DNA from: an uncultured virus (IMG/VR IMGVR_UViG_3300012665_000884)
Lineage: Duplodnaviria; Heunggongvirae; Uroviricota; Caudoviricetes
IMG/VR virus record: IMGVR_UViG_3300012665_000884
Length of the DNA stretch: 64,000 bases
Reading direction: 5' to 3' (one strand)
Positions 18,190 to 28,717 of the stretch are shown here, piece after piece; positions within the stretch are counted from its first letter, which is position 1, and every line of letters starts with the position of its first letter. Made by a program: the position numbers and the translations under genes. Below the pieces are notes generated by a model. The model searched no databases and was not told the DNA's origin. It saw only the letters and a list, made by a program, of their open reading frames with translations.

Positions 18190-20981
18190 TGGAAAAACTT
18201 CTTACTTCCGCAATTGTAAAGAATCAGTTACCTTCATTTGTTAGGGACGATTATCCTATATTCGTAACTTTCTTAGAGAAGTATTATGAATGGTTGGAAA
18301 CAAACAATCAAATCTCATATGAAATTGATGCTTTACGCAATTCATTGGATATTGACACCGCTGATGCATTCTATATTGAAAAATTAAAACAAGATTTGAT
18401 GCCATATTTTCCACAAGATATTGTGGCAGATAAGCAACTATTCTTAAAACTGGTAACACAGTTTTATCGTTCAAACGGCACACAAGATTCTGTTAAGTTT
18501 TTATTCCGTGCTTTGTTCAATGAGAACATTGACATTTATTATCCAAAAGATGATATTCTTAAAACATCAGATGGTAAATGGGTTCTTCCTCTAGCATTAC
18601 GTATTGACACTACAGATAATAATATTTTCAATATTGAAAAAACATTATTGACTGGTCAAACATCTAAAGCGACTGCTATAGTTGAAAAAGTTATTCAGTC
18701 TGTGGATCGACAGTTGGGTATTACATATACCGAAGTTTACATTTCAAACATTCAAAGATTATTCGCCACTGGCGAAACCGTGTCATCAACTTATACTGAT
18801 GCTACTACAGGATTGAATGTTACTGTATCAGGACGTCTGATTGGTTCTTTGTCTGAGATTAATATTGATCCTAAGAACAGAGGATTATATTATAATGCAT
18901 ATGATGCTGACACCGATTATGATGGTGATCCTGTGACATTAGTTGGCGGTTTGAATCCGGATGCATCGAATCCTGTTGGCGCTGTAGCATATGTTGGCGA
19001 AACGACAAAGGGTGGTGTAACCGATGTAATTGTTACGAATGGTGGTTTCGGTTTCAGAGATCCGGTTCAATTTGCAAATTCATCTATTTTCCGTTTCATT
19101 GGAGGATTTGATGCCGCAACTTTAGGTACAGAGGCCACTGCTGAAATTGGATTGGTGGACACTATTACATATAGAACAATGAATGTGTCATCTACCACAC
19201 TAGAATCTTTAATGACCAAAACTATTGCCAGTATTAATGCGAACGTTATTAATACTATCACAAGTTTTCAATCATTCAATGTTTATCCTATTTCTGCGGT
19301 AACATTGACGGGTAGTGGTGGCGGTTATAGAACTAAGCCTTCTACCGATGTGTTTAGTTTTTATAACGAGGCTGATCCTGATGTTTTGATTGGAACAATA
19401 GGATCAACATTTAGTATCATGAAGGACACAAATTATATTTTGAGTTCCGTTGTTGATTTGGGAGTGTATTTTGAAGTTGGTGATTTGGTAAGAATTTACT
19501 TGAAGAATAGGTTTGAGGCAACTAGGGTCGTTTCGGAAATTACAACAAATAAAGTAACTTTCACACAGGGATTCTCTAACGATATTACTGGTGTATCTTT
19601 ATACAAAATTTTAAGAAGAGATGTTAAAAATCTTGGATCACTGGGAAGAATTGCAATCAATAATCCTGGAGATGGTTATGCTGTGGGACAGTATTTGGTA
19701 TTTAATACTGAGCGTGGATATGGAGCAAACGCAAAAATCACAGAGGTTCATTCTTCAAATAATGGAATAAAAGCTGTAACATTCAACCAAACCGCAAATT
19801 ATGTTATTGGCGGCGAAGGTTATAGGTCAACATTATTGCCTGTGATTACAGTCAACACAGTTTCTGGAGCGAATGCTGTATTGACTGTCACTGAGATAAC
19901 TGGTGATGGTGAAAGTTTTGATTTGACAACATCCAGAATTGGTGCAATCTCTAAATTGCGCATCATTAGTTATGGTTACGATTATGTTTCTGCACCAACC
20001 ATTTCTTTGAGAAATGCAGATTTGGTACTTGCGAACGTAACTGAAGGACAATTGTTTGTTTCAAATACTCTGATTTATCAAGGTGCGTCCAACACAAATA
20101 CTACTTTCAGTGCTAAAGTGGACAACTATGATCCTTCAACGAAAGAGATACGAATCTTCGATTATAAAGGAACTCTGGATTCTAGCACAATAATTATTTC
20201 CGATGACGGTGCAGTTACCGCAAATGTAACATCAAATACATTCTATGGAGATGGCAAAGCCAAAGCCACTGCGACATTCGAAAATGGTTTGATCCGTTAT
20301 CCTGGCATATATTTGAATACTGACGGACAAATTAGTGCAGATAAGAAATTGCAGGATGGAAACAAATATCACAATTTCTCTTACGTAATTAATTCCAAAA
20401 CAGATTATGTCAAGTTTAAAGCACCATTGAATGATATTGTTCATCCAATGGGAACGAAGACATTTATTACTAAAGTGGATGATAATAGCATCACAATTAC
20501 GGAAAGTAATAATACAATTTTGGTGTCAACAAATGCGTTGACAGACACATTTAATATTGCATATAACAGCAATACAATTGTTTCCACAAACGTGACCGCC
20601 AACTTGGTAGCACAAATTAATGTTGGTGATGTGATTATCTTGAGTAATGTCCATAAGAGATTGTCGAATACTGTTAACGTGGTGTCCGGTTCGAATGTGT
20701 TGTTCGGTGATGCCAATAGTGTTAACTTTATCAATGATTTCCAGGATGGAGATACAATTTATCTATCAACGGGAAATACCACAACAATTAAATCCGTAAC
20801 GAACTCACATTTTGCCATTTTGAATACAACAATCAATGTCACATCAACAACGGCGAATATAAACGTTGTTTATTCCGATTCAGTAACTGCGAATTCTGTG
20901 AACGCAAATACTGTAATTGTTATATCGAGAATGAAGGCAAATGGTAGAAACCTAACCGCAAACATCCAAAAAGTTAGATAA
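18189..20981 (+). CDS. 7: baseplate wedge protein gp7-like
   Basis: QLPSFVRDDYPIFVTFLEKYYEW, FYRSNGT..FLFRALF, LQD..YHNFSYVI..VHPMG; between gp6 and gp8. Confidence 0.8.
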   Translation: MEKLLTSAIVKNQLPSFVRDDYPIFVTFLEKYYEWLETNNQISYEIDALRNSLDIDTADAFYIEKLKQDLMPYFPQDIVADKQLFLKLVTQFYRSNGTQDSVKFLFRALFNENIDIYYPKDDILKTSDGKWVLPLALRIDTTDNNIFNIEKTLLTGQTSKATAIVEKVIQSVDRQLGITYTEVYISNIQRLFATGETVSSTYTDATTGLNVTVSGRLIGSLSEINIDPKNRGLYYNAYDADTDYDGDPVTLVGGLNPDASNPVGAVAYVGETTKGGVTDVIVTNGGFGFRDPVQFANSSIFRFIGGFDAATLGTEATAEIGLVDTITYRTMNVSSTTLESLMTKTIASINANVINTITSFQSFNVYPISAVTLTGSGGGYRTKPSTDVFSFYNEADPDVLIGTIGSTFSIMKDTNYILSSVVDLGVYFEVGDLVRIYLKNRFEATRVVSEITTNKVTFTQGFSNDITGVSLYKILRRDVKNLGSLGRIAINNPGDGYAVGQYLVFNTERGYGANAKITEVHSSNNGIKAVTFNQTANYVIGGEGYRSTLLPVITVNTVSGANAVLTVTEITGDGESFDLTTSRIGAISKLRIISYGYDYVSAPTISLRNADLVLANVTEGQLFVSNTLIYQGASNTNTTFSAKVDNYDPSTKEIRIFDYKGTLDSSTIIISDDGAVTANVTSNTFYGDGKAKATATFENGLIRYPGIYLNTDGQISADKKLQDGNKYHNFSYVINSKTDYVKFKAPLNDIVHPMGTKTFITKVDDNSITITESNNTILVSTNALTDTFNIAYNSNTIVSTNVTANLVAQINVGDVIILSNVHKRLSNTVNVVSGSNVLFGDANSVNFINDFQDGDTIYLSTGNTTTIKSVTNSHFAILNTTINVTSTTANINVVYSDSVTANSVNANTVIVISRMKANGRNLTANIQKVR

Positions 20982-20989
20982 ATAGAACT

Positions 20990-22318
20990 ATGTCAGCATT
21001 AATCACAAAAAATTTAAGAATTCTTTTAGCAAAACAGATTTATAATCTGCTAGACTTAGGAGCGAATACTTATCTTCCTGCGGCGAAAAAATCATATGTT
21101 TATGCGTTTATAGGTAAACATCTCCGTTGGAATGCAGGAACTGAAGTGGCAGGAATTCCGTTGGAAGATGATTCCAACATCAATGACTACTATAGACATG
21201 GAATTTTTGCCAAACAAATTTCTTTAGAGAATGCATCACTTGTTGCACCTAGAGTGAACTGGAAATCTGGTACAGTATATAATACATATTTGGCAAATTC
21301 GAATTTTTATATACTAAACAGCAAAGACCAGGTGTTCAAGTGTCTTGCAAACTCTGCCGTGGGAACAACATCAACCGATGAACCACAACTAACTTTATCC
21401 ACAACATCACTGGAAGAACCATATGTTGACACTTCCGATGATTACAAGTGGAAATATCTTTACACGCTAACATCATCACAAAAACAAAAATTCTTAACTG
21501 ACGATTGGTTGCCAGTTACATTCAATAAGTTTGTAAGAGCAGCCGCAGTTGGCGGTTCTATTGATATTGTCAGCATCAATAATTCTGGAAATAACTATAC
21601 TGACGGCACAGCACAAGCAATTTTATCTGTTGTTGGTGATGGTTCAGGAGCAGTATTGAAAGCGAATGTGACCTCAGGACACATCCGAAATGCAATAATT
21701 CAAAACAGAGGCTCAGGATATACATATGCAGATGTAATCATCACGGACGTTTCTGGCGGAGTTGGAACTGATGCATCGGCTACTATTTCTATTGCACCAC
21801 ATGATGGTCATGGTTACGATCCTGTATATGAACTTGGCGCAACCACAATCATGTTTAACGTGGAGTATGACCAGTCTGAGGCTGGCAATTTGCCAACAGA
21901 TAACGATTTCCGAGAAGTTGTTCTATTACAAAATCCTTTCACGGCAGGTACTACAACTCTTGGTACAGCATCATCATACACGATGTACACAAAAATTAAA
22001 ACATCTCCTGGTGTAGGAGATTTTAATAATGATGAAACTGTATATCAAGGAATAAATTATAATGATGCAACATTTACTGCCGATGTTATTTCATTTGATG
22101 AGGTTCAAAACTTGCTGTATTTGAATAATACACGAGGAACACTCACGACAAACCAAACCATTAAAGGTTATAATTCTGGTGCCATTCGTGTTGTTAATTC
22201 CGTTACAAACCCTACTATACATTTGTACTCAGGAAAAATCTTATACATATCAGATAAATTACCAATTATGCGAGACCCTAGCCAAACGGAACGTATTCGT
22301 TTCATCTTGAGTTTTTAA
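20990..22318 (+). CDS. 8: baseplate wedge protein gp8
   Basis: PRVNWKSGTVY, VFKCL, DDYKWKYLY, GHGYDPVYELGA, QTERIRFILSF. Confidence 0.88.
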   Translation: MSALITKNLRILLAKQIYNLLDLGANTYLPAAKKSYVYAFIGKHLRWNAGTEVAGIPLEDDSNINDYYRHGIFAKQISLENASLVAPRVNWKSGTVYNTYLANSNFYILNSKDQVFKCLANSAVGTTSTDEPQLTLSTTSLEEPYVDTSDDYKWKYLYTLTSSQKQKFLTDDWLPVTFNKFVRAAAVGGSIDIVSINNSGNNYTDGTAQAILSVVGDGSGAVLKANVTSGHIRNAIIQNRGSGYTYADVIITDVSGGVGTDASATISIAPHDGHGYDPVYELGATTIMFNVEYDQSEAGNLPTDNDFREVVLLQNPFTAGTTTLGTASSYTMYTKIKTSPGVGDFNNDETVYQGINYNDATFTADVISFDEVQNLLYLNNTRGTLTTNQTIKGYNSGAIRVVNSVTNPTIHLYSGKILYISDKLPIMRDPSQTERIRFILSF

Positions 22319-22328
22319 CGAGAAATAA

Positions 22329-25300
22329 ATGACAACTCTATTCAATTACGACCCATATTACGATGATTTTGATGAAGATAAAAACTTCATGCGTGTTTTG
22401 TTCCGTCCCGGTTATTCGGTACAAGCACGTGAGTTAACACAATTACAAACAATCTTATCGAATCAAATCGAAAAGTTTGGTAACCACATTTTTAAAAATG
22501 GTAGTCCTATCATTGGTGGTAAAATTTCTTTGGATAAGAAAGCAAATTATATTATTTTGGAAAGTCAGTATAACAATACCGATATTGTTGCATCCGATTT
22601 TCTAGATAGAACGATTATTGCATATAACTCAACAAAAACTGTTCGTGCTAAAGTTATCGCAGTAGATACAACATCAACCACTCCTATATTGGTTGTAAAA
22701 TATCTGAGTGGTGATGTATTCTCAGCATCGGATGAGATTAAAGTGATGGGCGCAAACATTTTTGCGCAACTGAAATCGTCAGATGCTGTCGGTGGTTCAT
22801 TTGTTGCTAGTTTGCAAGAGGGCGTTTATTACTTTAAGGGTCAATTTGTCAAGGTTACACCACAATTCTTGATTGTGGAATTGTTTTATCGTCTTGGTCA
22901 AGGAACATCCACAGTAAACATTAAACCATCATATAAGATTGGTATCGAATTTACCGAGACTATTTTGGACGAAATTGATGATACATCATTGTTGGATCCA
23001 GCACAAGGCGCATTTAACTATCAAGCACCTGGCGCAAATCGTTTCCAAATTACAACATCGCTATCTAAGCGCACATTAAATTCTTCAGATACTTCAACGT
23101 TCTTCGAAATTGTACGTATCGTTGAAGATGTAAAGACTAAAGAAATTGATTATACAGAATATGCCGAGTTGGAAAAAACTATGGCACGCCGTACGCACGA
23201 TGAATCGGGCAACTACACAGTTGATCCATTCGTTATCTCTTTGGAAGAAGGTGATTCTGCCAACGGTAAGTTCGATGTTATTTTAGATCCGGGTAAAGCA
23301 TACGTTTCTGGTTACGAATTTGAAACAATTTCTCCAACAAAAATATCTATCGACCGAGCTAGACAAGTTGCTACAGCGAACAATTATGACCTTCCAACAA
23401 ACTACGAAAGTTCAGTTGTTTTAGATACTGTTCGTGGTACATTGGATATCACTACATTCCCACAACTTGATATCCACTCTGTGCCACACACAAACGTTAG
23501 TGTTGCAACATTAGCGCAATATAACTCAACAAAGATTGGTACAGTTCGTGCCGACATGATTCGTTATAATGATGCAACAAACAGTTTGTTGGGTACAACA
23601 CATTCGTTCAAGGTGAATACATTTGGTGCAAACACTTCACCAATCACAGGAACAATTCCATCAACGGGATCAAGTGCAACAACAATTAAGATACCGGCGG
23701 CATTCAATGGTTCATTGACCACTAATGCATACGCTAACATGTATTTTAGAATAACTGACGGCGGTGGTCTGACTGTTGCTCCTATACAAATTCTAAGTTC
23801 TAATACACTGACTATGAACTTGGCATCAGCTTTGCCTTTTCTTCCATCATCAAATACAATTTCTATCGAATCTGATTTCAGTAATGCAGAATCGCTTATC
23901 AGTAGTGATGGCACATTTCTTGCGTTTGCTGGTAACATTAATTCCGATTCAAAAGATGCGTTAGGTTTTGCTTCAATTAATGAACCAAAACGAACAGCAC
24001 TGATTTTTGAAACACCGACAGCGGCAATTAAAGAGAGTACGATTTCTAAACTCGACTTCTACGCAAGAAAATCATATACAAATAGAACAACTGATGCTGG
24101 TGGAGAAATTATCATCAACGCAGGTGGTACAGATACGTTCACATTCTCTGGAACTCCAGGTGTTATTAGTGATTCTCAAATTTTAGATAATATTATTTGC
24201 TTTGTGCGTAGTGATACTACTCCTAATGCTCCTTATAATATTGTGGCTAACACTACACTAAGTTTGGCAAATAATTTATATACAGTTACGGCAGTGTCTT
24301 CGACACAATTTAAAGTTAATCTTGGTGCCGCAGCTGCCAAAGTTGATCTATTGATTACAACAAAAGTAAATGATGCATATAATTCATCAACAGGATCAAC
24401 ACGTGGTAAGCAACTAATTCCATTAACAAGTGGTGCAGACTTACACGCAAAAGTTCCATATGAAATTAACACCGGCGATGTGTTGGATGCAGCCAACTCC
24501 GCTGGAGCAGTTACATATTGTGCCGCTGGTGCGGTGTTCACATCTATCGGCGCAACAAACTTTGACAATCTTCAAGCATTGCGTGATTTAAGAACGCCAG
24601 GTAAAGTGGTAAGTTTACAAGTTCCTGATGTGTATGAACTTGTTGGTATTTACGATTCGAAGAATTCTGTTGCCAACGTTTCAACCGCAATGCTTACTTC
24701 TGCGGCACACAACATCACTAGCAGTTACGATTTTGACAATGGTCATCGCAAAACTCATTATGACCACGCAACAATCAAATTGAAACGCGGTTATCCTGCT
24801 CCTACAGGACATGTGTATGTTCAATACAAGTACTTGAGACACATTGCCGCTCCAGCTACTGGTGGTAATGGACTATTCACAGTAGATTCATACCTACAAG
24901 CAGGCTCTAATTTCACATACGGAGATATTTCTAAATTTGCGAATGCTGAAGATAACAAGTTAACTTCACTCAGAGGTTCATTCGACTTTAGACCTACACG
25001 TGCTATTGCAGGTACGAATTTATCTGGTGCATTGAACCCAGAGCCATTGGAGCAAATCAATCTCAAATATAATTACTACTTGTCACGTATTGACCAAGTT
25101 GTCGTTAAGTCTTCAAAAGAATTCTCCATTATTACCGGCTCGTCCGCAGTTTCACCGATTGCTCCACCAGTCGATAGTAGAGATATGTTAATCTATACTC
25201 TGACTATTCCTGCTTATACAGAAACTATTAAAGACATTCGTGCAGATTTTAAAAATCACCGTCGTTATACGATGGCAGACATTAATGCATTTGAAGACAG

Positions 25301-28300
25301 AATCCGCGGTCTAGAATACTATGTTGCATTAAGCACATTGGAAAAAGATGCCGCATCAACTAAAGTTTTGGACGCTAACGGACTAGAGCGTAGTAAGTAC
25401 GGTATCTTGGTGGATAATTTCACTTCTAAAGATAATCAAGCAACAAAAGAAGAAGTTGGTTATGATAATAGAAACTTAATTTCTTCTGGCCAACTGTATC
25501 CTGCATCATTGATGCGTACAGATTTCAAGATGATTCCTTCTGTTTCGGCATCATCAGGAGCATTCCGTTTCGTTGGAACAGGCACAAAGAAGGTCATGAT
25601 GTTGTCATACACATCTGCCGAATTCGCTAAACAGCCATACGCAACTAAATCTTTACCTATCGCTAACGCAGTTTTTGCCGCATTCAAAGGTACAACTAAA
25701 TTGTACCCAGAATTCACCGGCGATGTTGACACAGGAACAACCGCTAAAGTTACTTTGAATTCACTCAAAGGATTGGACACAGCGTTCAACTTCATTAACA
25801 GTTCATTGAAATATGTTTCTGATAAAAATCCTACATGGAATTTGGACAAAGATAGTCCTTTTGCTCAAGTGGCGGATGCTCAATGGTATAAAACATTAAG
25901 AGAAACTGATACTGACAGGTCTAAAATTACCGTAGAAGCGTTGGGCGGTGGTTTCTTGGGCCATGTTGCACCCGTTAATGATAATACATATTTGACTGCC
26001 GGTGCCGAGTTAAAACAAAAACAAATTAGCACATCATCATCACAAGTGGATGTTGGCACATTTGTTACCGATTTAGCAATTCAGCCATACATGAAGCCTA
26101 AACAAATTCTGTTTAGTTCACAAGGAATGCGTCCAAGTACAGTGTTCTACAATTTCTTCGATGATGTTGCAGTCAACAAATATATTATTGTTCCTAACAA
26201 AGTTACTTTGAATACGACTTCTACATTAGTTGCTGGAGAATGTGTCCTAATTGCAAATACTATTTCCGATTTGGCAGCAAACTTAGCAAGTCTATTGTCT
26301 GGCGGAACATCATATGATCCAGCATTCGTTGTAGTCAGCGAAACTGGTTCAGCAAACGTTTCTATCGTGAACGAAACAGGCAAAACACTCACATCGAAAT
26401 ATGTTTATGGTTTAGATTCTGGTAATTATTTTACTGTTAGCACGGTGAATGACCATCGTTCTGGTGCTGGTAGAATTAGCTCCACAACAATTATTCTGCA
26501 ATCCGATGCATCATCTACAGATAATTACTATAACGGAAATACCATCAGTATTATTCACGCATCTGGTTCATCCGAGGGTATCGGTGAACAATTTACCATA
26601 AATGATTATGATGGCGCATCACGTACAGTAACTCTGTCTGGAACACCAACGACAACAGGATTGGTTGCATATAGTATTGGCACAAACAAGTCTAATAAAC
26701 TTGGTCAAGTTGGCGGTGCATTCTATATGCCAAAAGCAACTTTCCGTTCAGGTCAAAGAAACTTCCGTACAACAGAATCGTTCAACAACACATATGATGC
26801 GGATGCTATTTCTTTCTCAGATAAGACATATGTTTCTTCTGGAATGACAGCAAACAAAACAACACTTGTTGATACTGTGTTAAACGTTGATGTTGATTTT
26901 AAAGTTGTTGGAACACAAACAACAAATCGTTTAATTAGTTCTACTGTATCAGGATCAATCGTATTGGATAAATGGCGTCCTGATCCATTAGCACAGACAT
27001 TCTTTGTTGATCCACAGGTGTATCCATATGGCACATTTATGGAAAGCGTGGACTTATTCTTTAAGTCTAAGGATGACGAGAACATTCCTGTGACAGTTCA
27101 AATTCGCCCAACTGTCAACGCGGCACCATCATCGGATTATTGGTATCCAGAATCTGTGGTGGTAAAATATCCATCCGAAATTATTGTTTCTGAATCACCA
27201 AGTGTGACAGACACAGCAACACAAACCAATTTCAAATTTGATATTCCTGTATTCTTGAAGCCTGGTTTGTATGCGATGGTTGTTATTACAGATTCTCCAG
27301 ATTATGTTGTTTGGGAAGGCGAAAAAGGCGGAACAACCGCAAATAAAGAATATGTTGATAAACAACCGTTCATGGGCACATTATACAAATCACAAAACGC
27401 AATGGAATTTGTTCCATTCTTGAATGAAGATTTGATGTTCCGTTTGAATCGTTGCAAGTTTCCTACGACTTCAGCGACATTCGTTCTACAAAATGAGGCA
27501 CAAGGTGCAACATTTAATGTGGACAAATTCCGTCTATTAGAAACTTCGATTATTCCATCCGATTCTGTAACAAACGTTTCACATTCTATTTCCACTAAGA
27601 CAATAAGTGGTGTAAAAGAATCTTCGTATCGTGCCATTTCTCCTGGACAAACATATAATATGGCTTCAGATGATTTGTATGCCGTTGGATATCGCAGAAA
27701 GAAATTGGGCGCTCAAGACGACTTTACAATCAATATTGGAATGTCAACAACAAACGATGCAGTATCTCCTATCATTTCAGTTGAAAGTTTATTTTTAAAT
27801 GCGTGGGAAAACTTTATCGACAATGCAGAAATCAATACCGAAGATTTCACTATCGTTGTTCCTGGTTCTGGATATAGTAACAGTAACGTTGTGACTATCA
27901 CAAGCGCATCTGGTACTGGCGCCACCGCAAACTTGCAAGTTGATGCTAACGGTAATGTCCTAAGCGTTTACGTTTCTTCAACTGGCTCTGGATACACAGA
28001 CGATTTTGATATTTCATACTACACACATCCGACAACACCGGCAACTATTGTACTGAACAGTGAATATGATTCATCTGGCGGTCCATGTTTAGCCCGTTAC
28101 ATCACTAAGCCAATCACATTGGCTGACGGATATGATGCAGGTGATTTGCGTGTGTTCTTGGGTGCCAATAAGCCTGGTGTTTCTGAAGTTCTAGTATATT
28201 ACAAGTTGTTATCAGATACTGATGGAACTCCATTCGCGGATAGACCATATCAACAAATGGTATGTATTAATCCAACAGTCACACCATCATTGAACGATTC

Positions 28301-28481
28301 TTTCCGTGATTATGAATATCGTCCATCAGCAACATTGAATCAGGCATCATACACATCAACAACTGGTGTTGTTTACAATACATTCAAGACATTCTCAATT
28401 AAGATTGTTTTGACTTCAAGTGATCCTGCGATTGTTCCTTCAGTTAAAGATTTGCGTATTATCGCTACACCAGCAGAATGA
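22329..28481 (+). CDS. very large virion structural protein (DUF4815/VrlC-like)
   Basis: PYYDDFDEDKNFMRVLFRPGYSVQARELTQLQ, RRTHDESGNY, DPLAQTF, C-terminal FSIKIVL..VKDLRIIA. Confidence 0.85.
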   Translation: MTTLFNYDPYYDDFDEDKNFMRVLFRPGYSVQARELTQLQTILSNQIEKFGNHIFKNGSPIIGGKISLDKKANYIILESQYNNTDIVASDFLDRTIIAYNSTKTVRAKVIAVDTTSTTPILVVKYLSGDVFSASDEIKVMGANIFAQLKSSDAVGGSFVASLQEGVYYFKGQFVKVTPQFLIVELFYRLGQGTSTVNIKPSYKIGIEFTETILDEIDDTSLLDPAQGAFNYQAPGANRFQITTSLSKRTLNSSDTSTFFEIVRIVEDVKTKEIDYTEYAELEKTMARRTHDESGNYTVDPFVISLEEGDSANGKFDVILDPGKAYVSGYEFETISPTKISIDRARQVATANNYDLPTNYESSVVLDTVRGTLDITTFPQLDIHSVPHTNVSVATLAQYNSTKIGTVRADMIRYNDATNSLLGTTHSFKVNTFGANTSPITGTIPSTGSSATTIKIPAAFNGSLTTNAYANMYFRITDGGGLTVAPIQILSSNTLTMNLASALPFLPSSNTISIESDFSNAESLISSDGTFLAFAGNINSDSKDALGFASINEPKRTALIFETPTAAIKESTISKLDFYARKSYTNRTTDAGGEIIINAGGTDTFTFSGTPGVISDSQILDNIICFVRSDTTPNAPYNIVANTTLSLANNLYTVTAVSSTQFKVNLGAAAAKVDLLITTKVNDAYNSSTGSTRGKQLIPLTSGADLHAKVPYEINTGDVLDAANSAGAVTYCAAGAVFTSIGATNFDNLQALRDLRTPGKVVSLQVPDVYELVGIYDSKNSVANVSTAMLTSAAHNITSSYDFDNGHRKTHYDHATIKLKRGYPAPTGHVYVQYKYLRHIAAPATGGNGLFTVDSYLQAGSNFTYGDISKFANAEDNKLTSLRGSFDFRPTRAIAGTNLSGALNPEPLEQINLKYNYYLSRIDQVVVKSSKEFSIITGSSAVSPIAPPVDSRDMLIYTLTIPAYTETIKDIRADFKNHRRYTMADINAFEDRIRGLEYYVALSTLEKDAASTKVLDANGLERSKYGILVDNFTSKDNQATKEEVGYDNRNLISSGQLYPASLMRTDFKMIPSVSASSGAFRFVGTGTKKVMMLSYTSAEFAKQPYATKSLPIANAVFAAFKGTTKLYPEFTGDVDTGTTAKVTLNSLKGLDTAFNFINSSLKYVSDKNPTWNLDKDSPFAQVADAQWYKTLRETDTDRSKITVEALGGGFLGHVAPVNDNTYLTAGAELKQKQISTSSSQVDVGTFVTDLAIQPYMKPKQILFSSQGMRPSTVFYNFFDDVAVNKYIIVPNKVTLNTTSTLVAGECVLIANTISDLAANLASLLSGGTSYDPAFVVVSETGSANVSIVNETGKTLTSKYVYGLDSGNYFTVSTVNDHRSGAGRISSTTIILQSDASSTDNYYNGNTISIIHASGSSEGIGEQFTINDYDGASRTVTLSGTPTTTGLVAYSIGTNKSNKLGQVGGAFYMPKATFRSGQRNFRTTESFNNTYDADAISFSDKTYVSSGMTANKTTLVDTVLNVDVDFKVVGTQTTNRLISSTVSGSIVLDKWRPDPLAQTFFVDPQVYPYGTFMESVDLFFKSKDDENIPVTVQIRPTVNAAPSSDYWYPESVVVKYPSEIIVSESPSVTDTATQTNFKFDIPVFLKPGLYAMVVITDSPDYVVWEGEKGGTTANKEYVDKQPFMGTLYKSQNAMEFVPFLNEDLMFRLNRCKFPTTSATFVLQNEAQGATFNVDKFRLLETSIIPSDSVTNVSHSISTKTISGVKESSYRAISPGQTYNMASDDLYAVGYRRKKLGAQDDFTINIGMSTTNDAVSPIISVESLFLNAWENFIDNAEINTEDFTIVVPGSGYSNSNVVTITSASGTGATANLQVDANGNVLSVYVSSTGSGYTDDFDISYYTHPTTPATIVLNSEYDSSGGPCLARYITKPITLADGYDAGDLRVFLGANKPGVSEVLVYYKLLSDTDGTPFADRPYQQMVCINPTVTPSLNDSFRDYEYRPSATLNQASYTSTTGVVYNTFKTFSIKIVLTSSDPAIVPSVKDLRIIATPAE

Positions 28482-28717
28482 CAAATTATCTAAAAGTTGA
28501 AGGTACCAATTTAGTTAAAGATGCTAGAACGGGAGCCTTGTTAATGACAGGGCGTTCCGCTTTGGCTGAAAATGAAGCCAGAAAAAAATTGGCTCAAAGA
28601 ATAAATGGTAAGAATGATGAGATAAATAACTTAAAATCTCAGGTTGATAGTTTATCGTCAGATATGCAGGAAATTAAATCACTATTAACCCTATTGTTGA
28701 AACAGAGTAAAGAATAA
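28478..28717 (+). CDS. small coiled-coil virion protein
   Basis: 79 aa, KVEG..LVKD..TGA, C-terminal heptads; translationally coupled. Confidence 0.75.
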   Translation: MTNYLKVEGTNLVKDARTGALLMTGRSALAENEARKKLAQRINGKNDEINNLKSQVDSLSSDMQEIKSLLTLLLKQSKE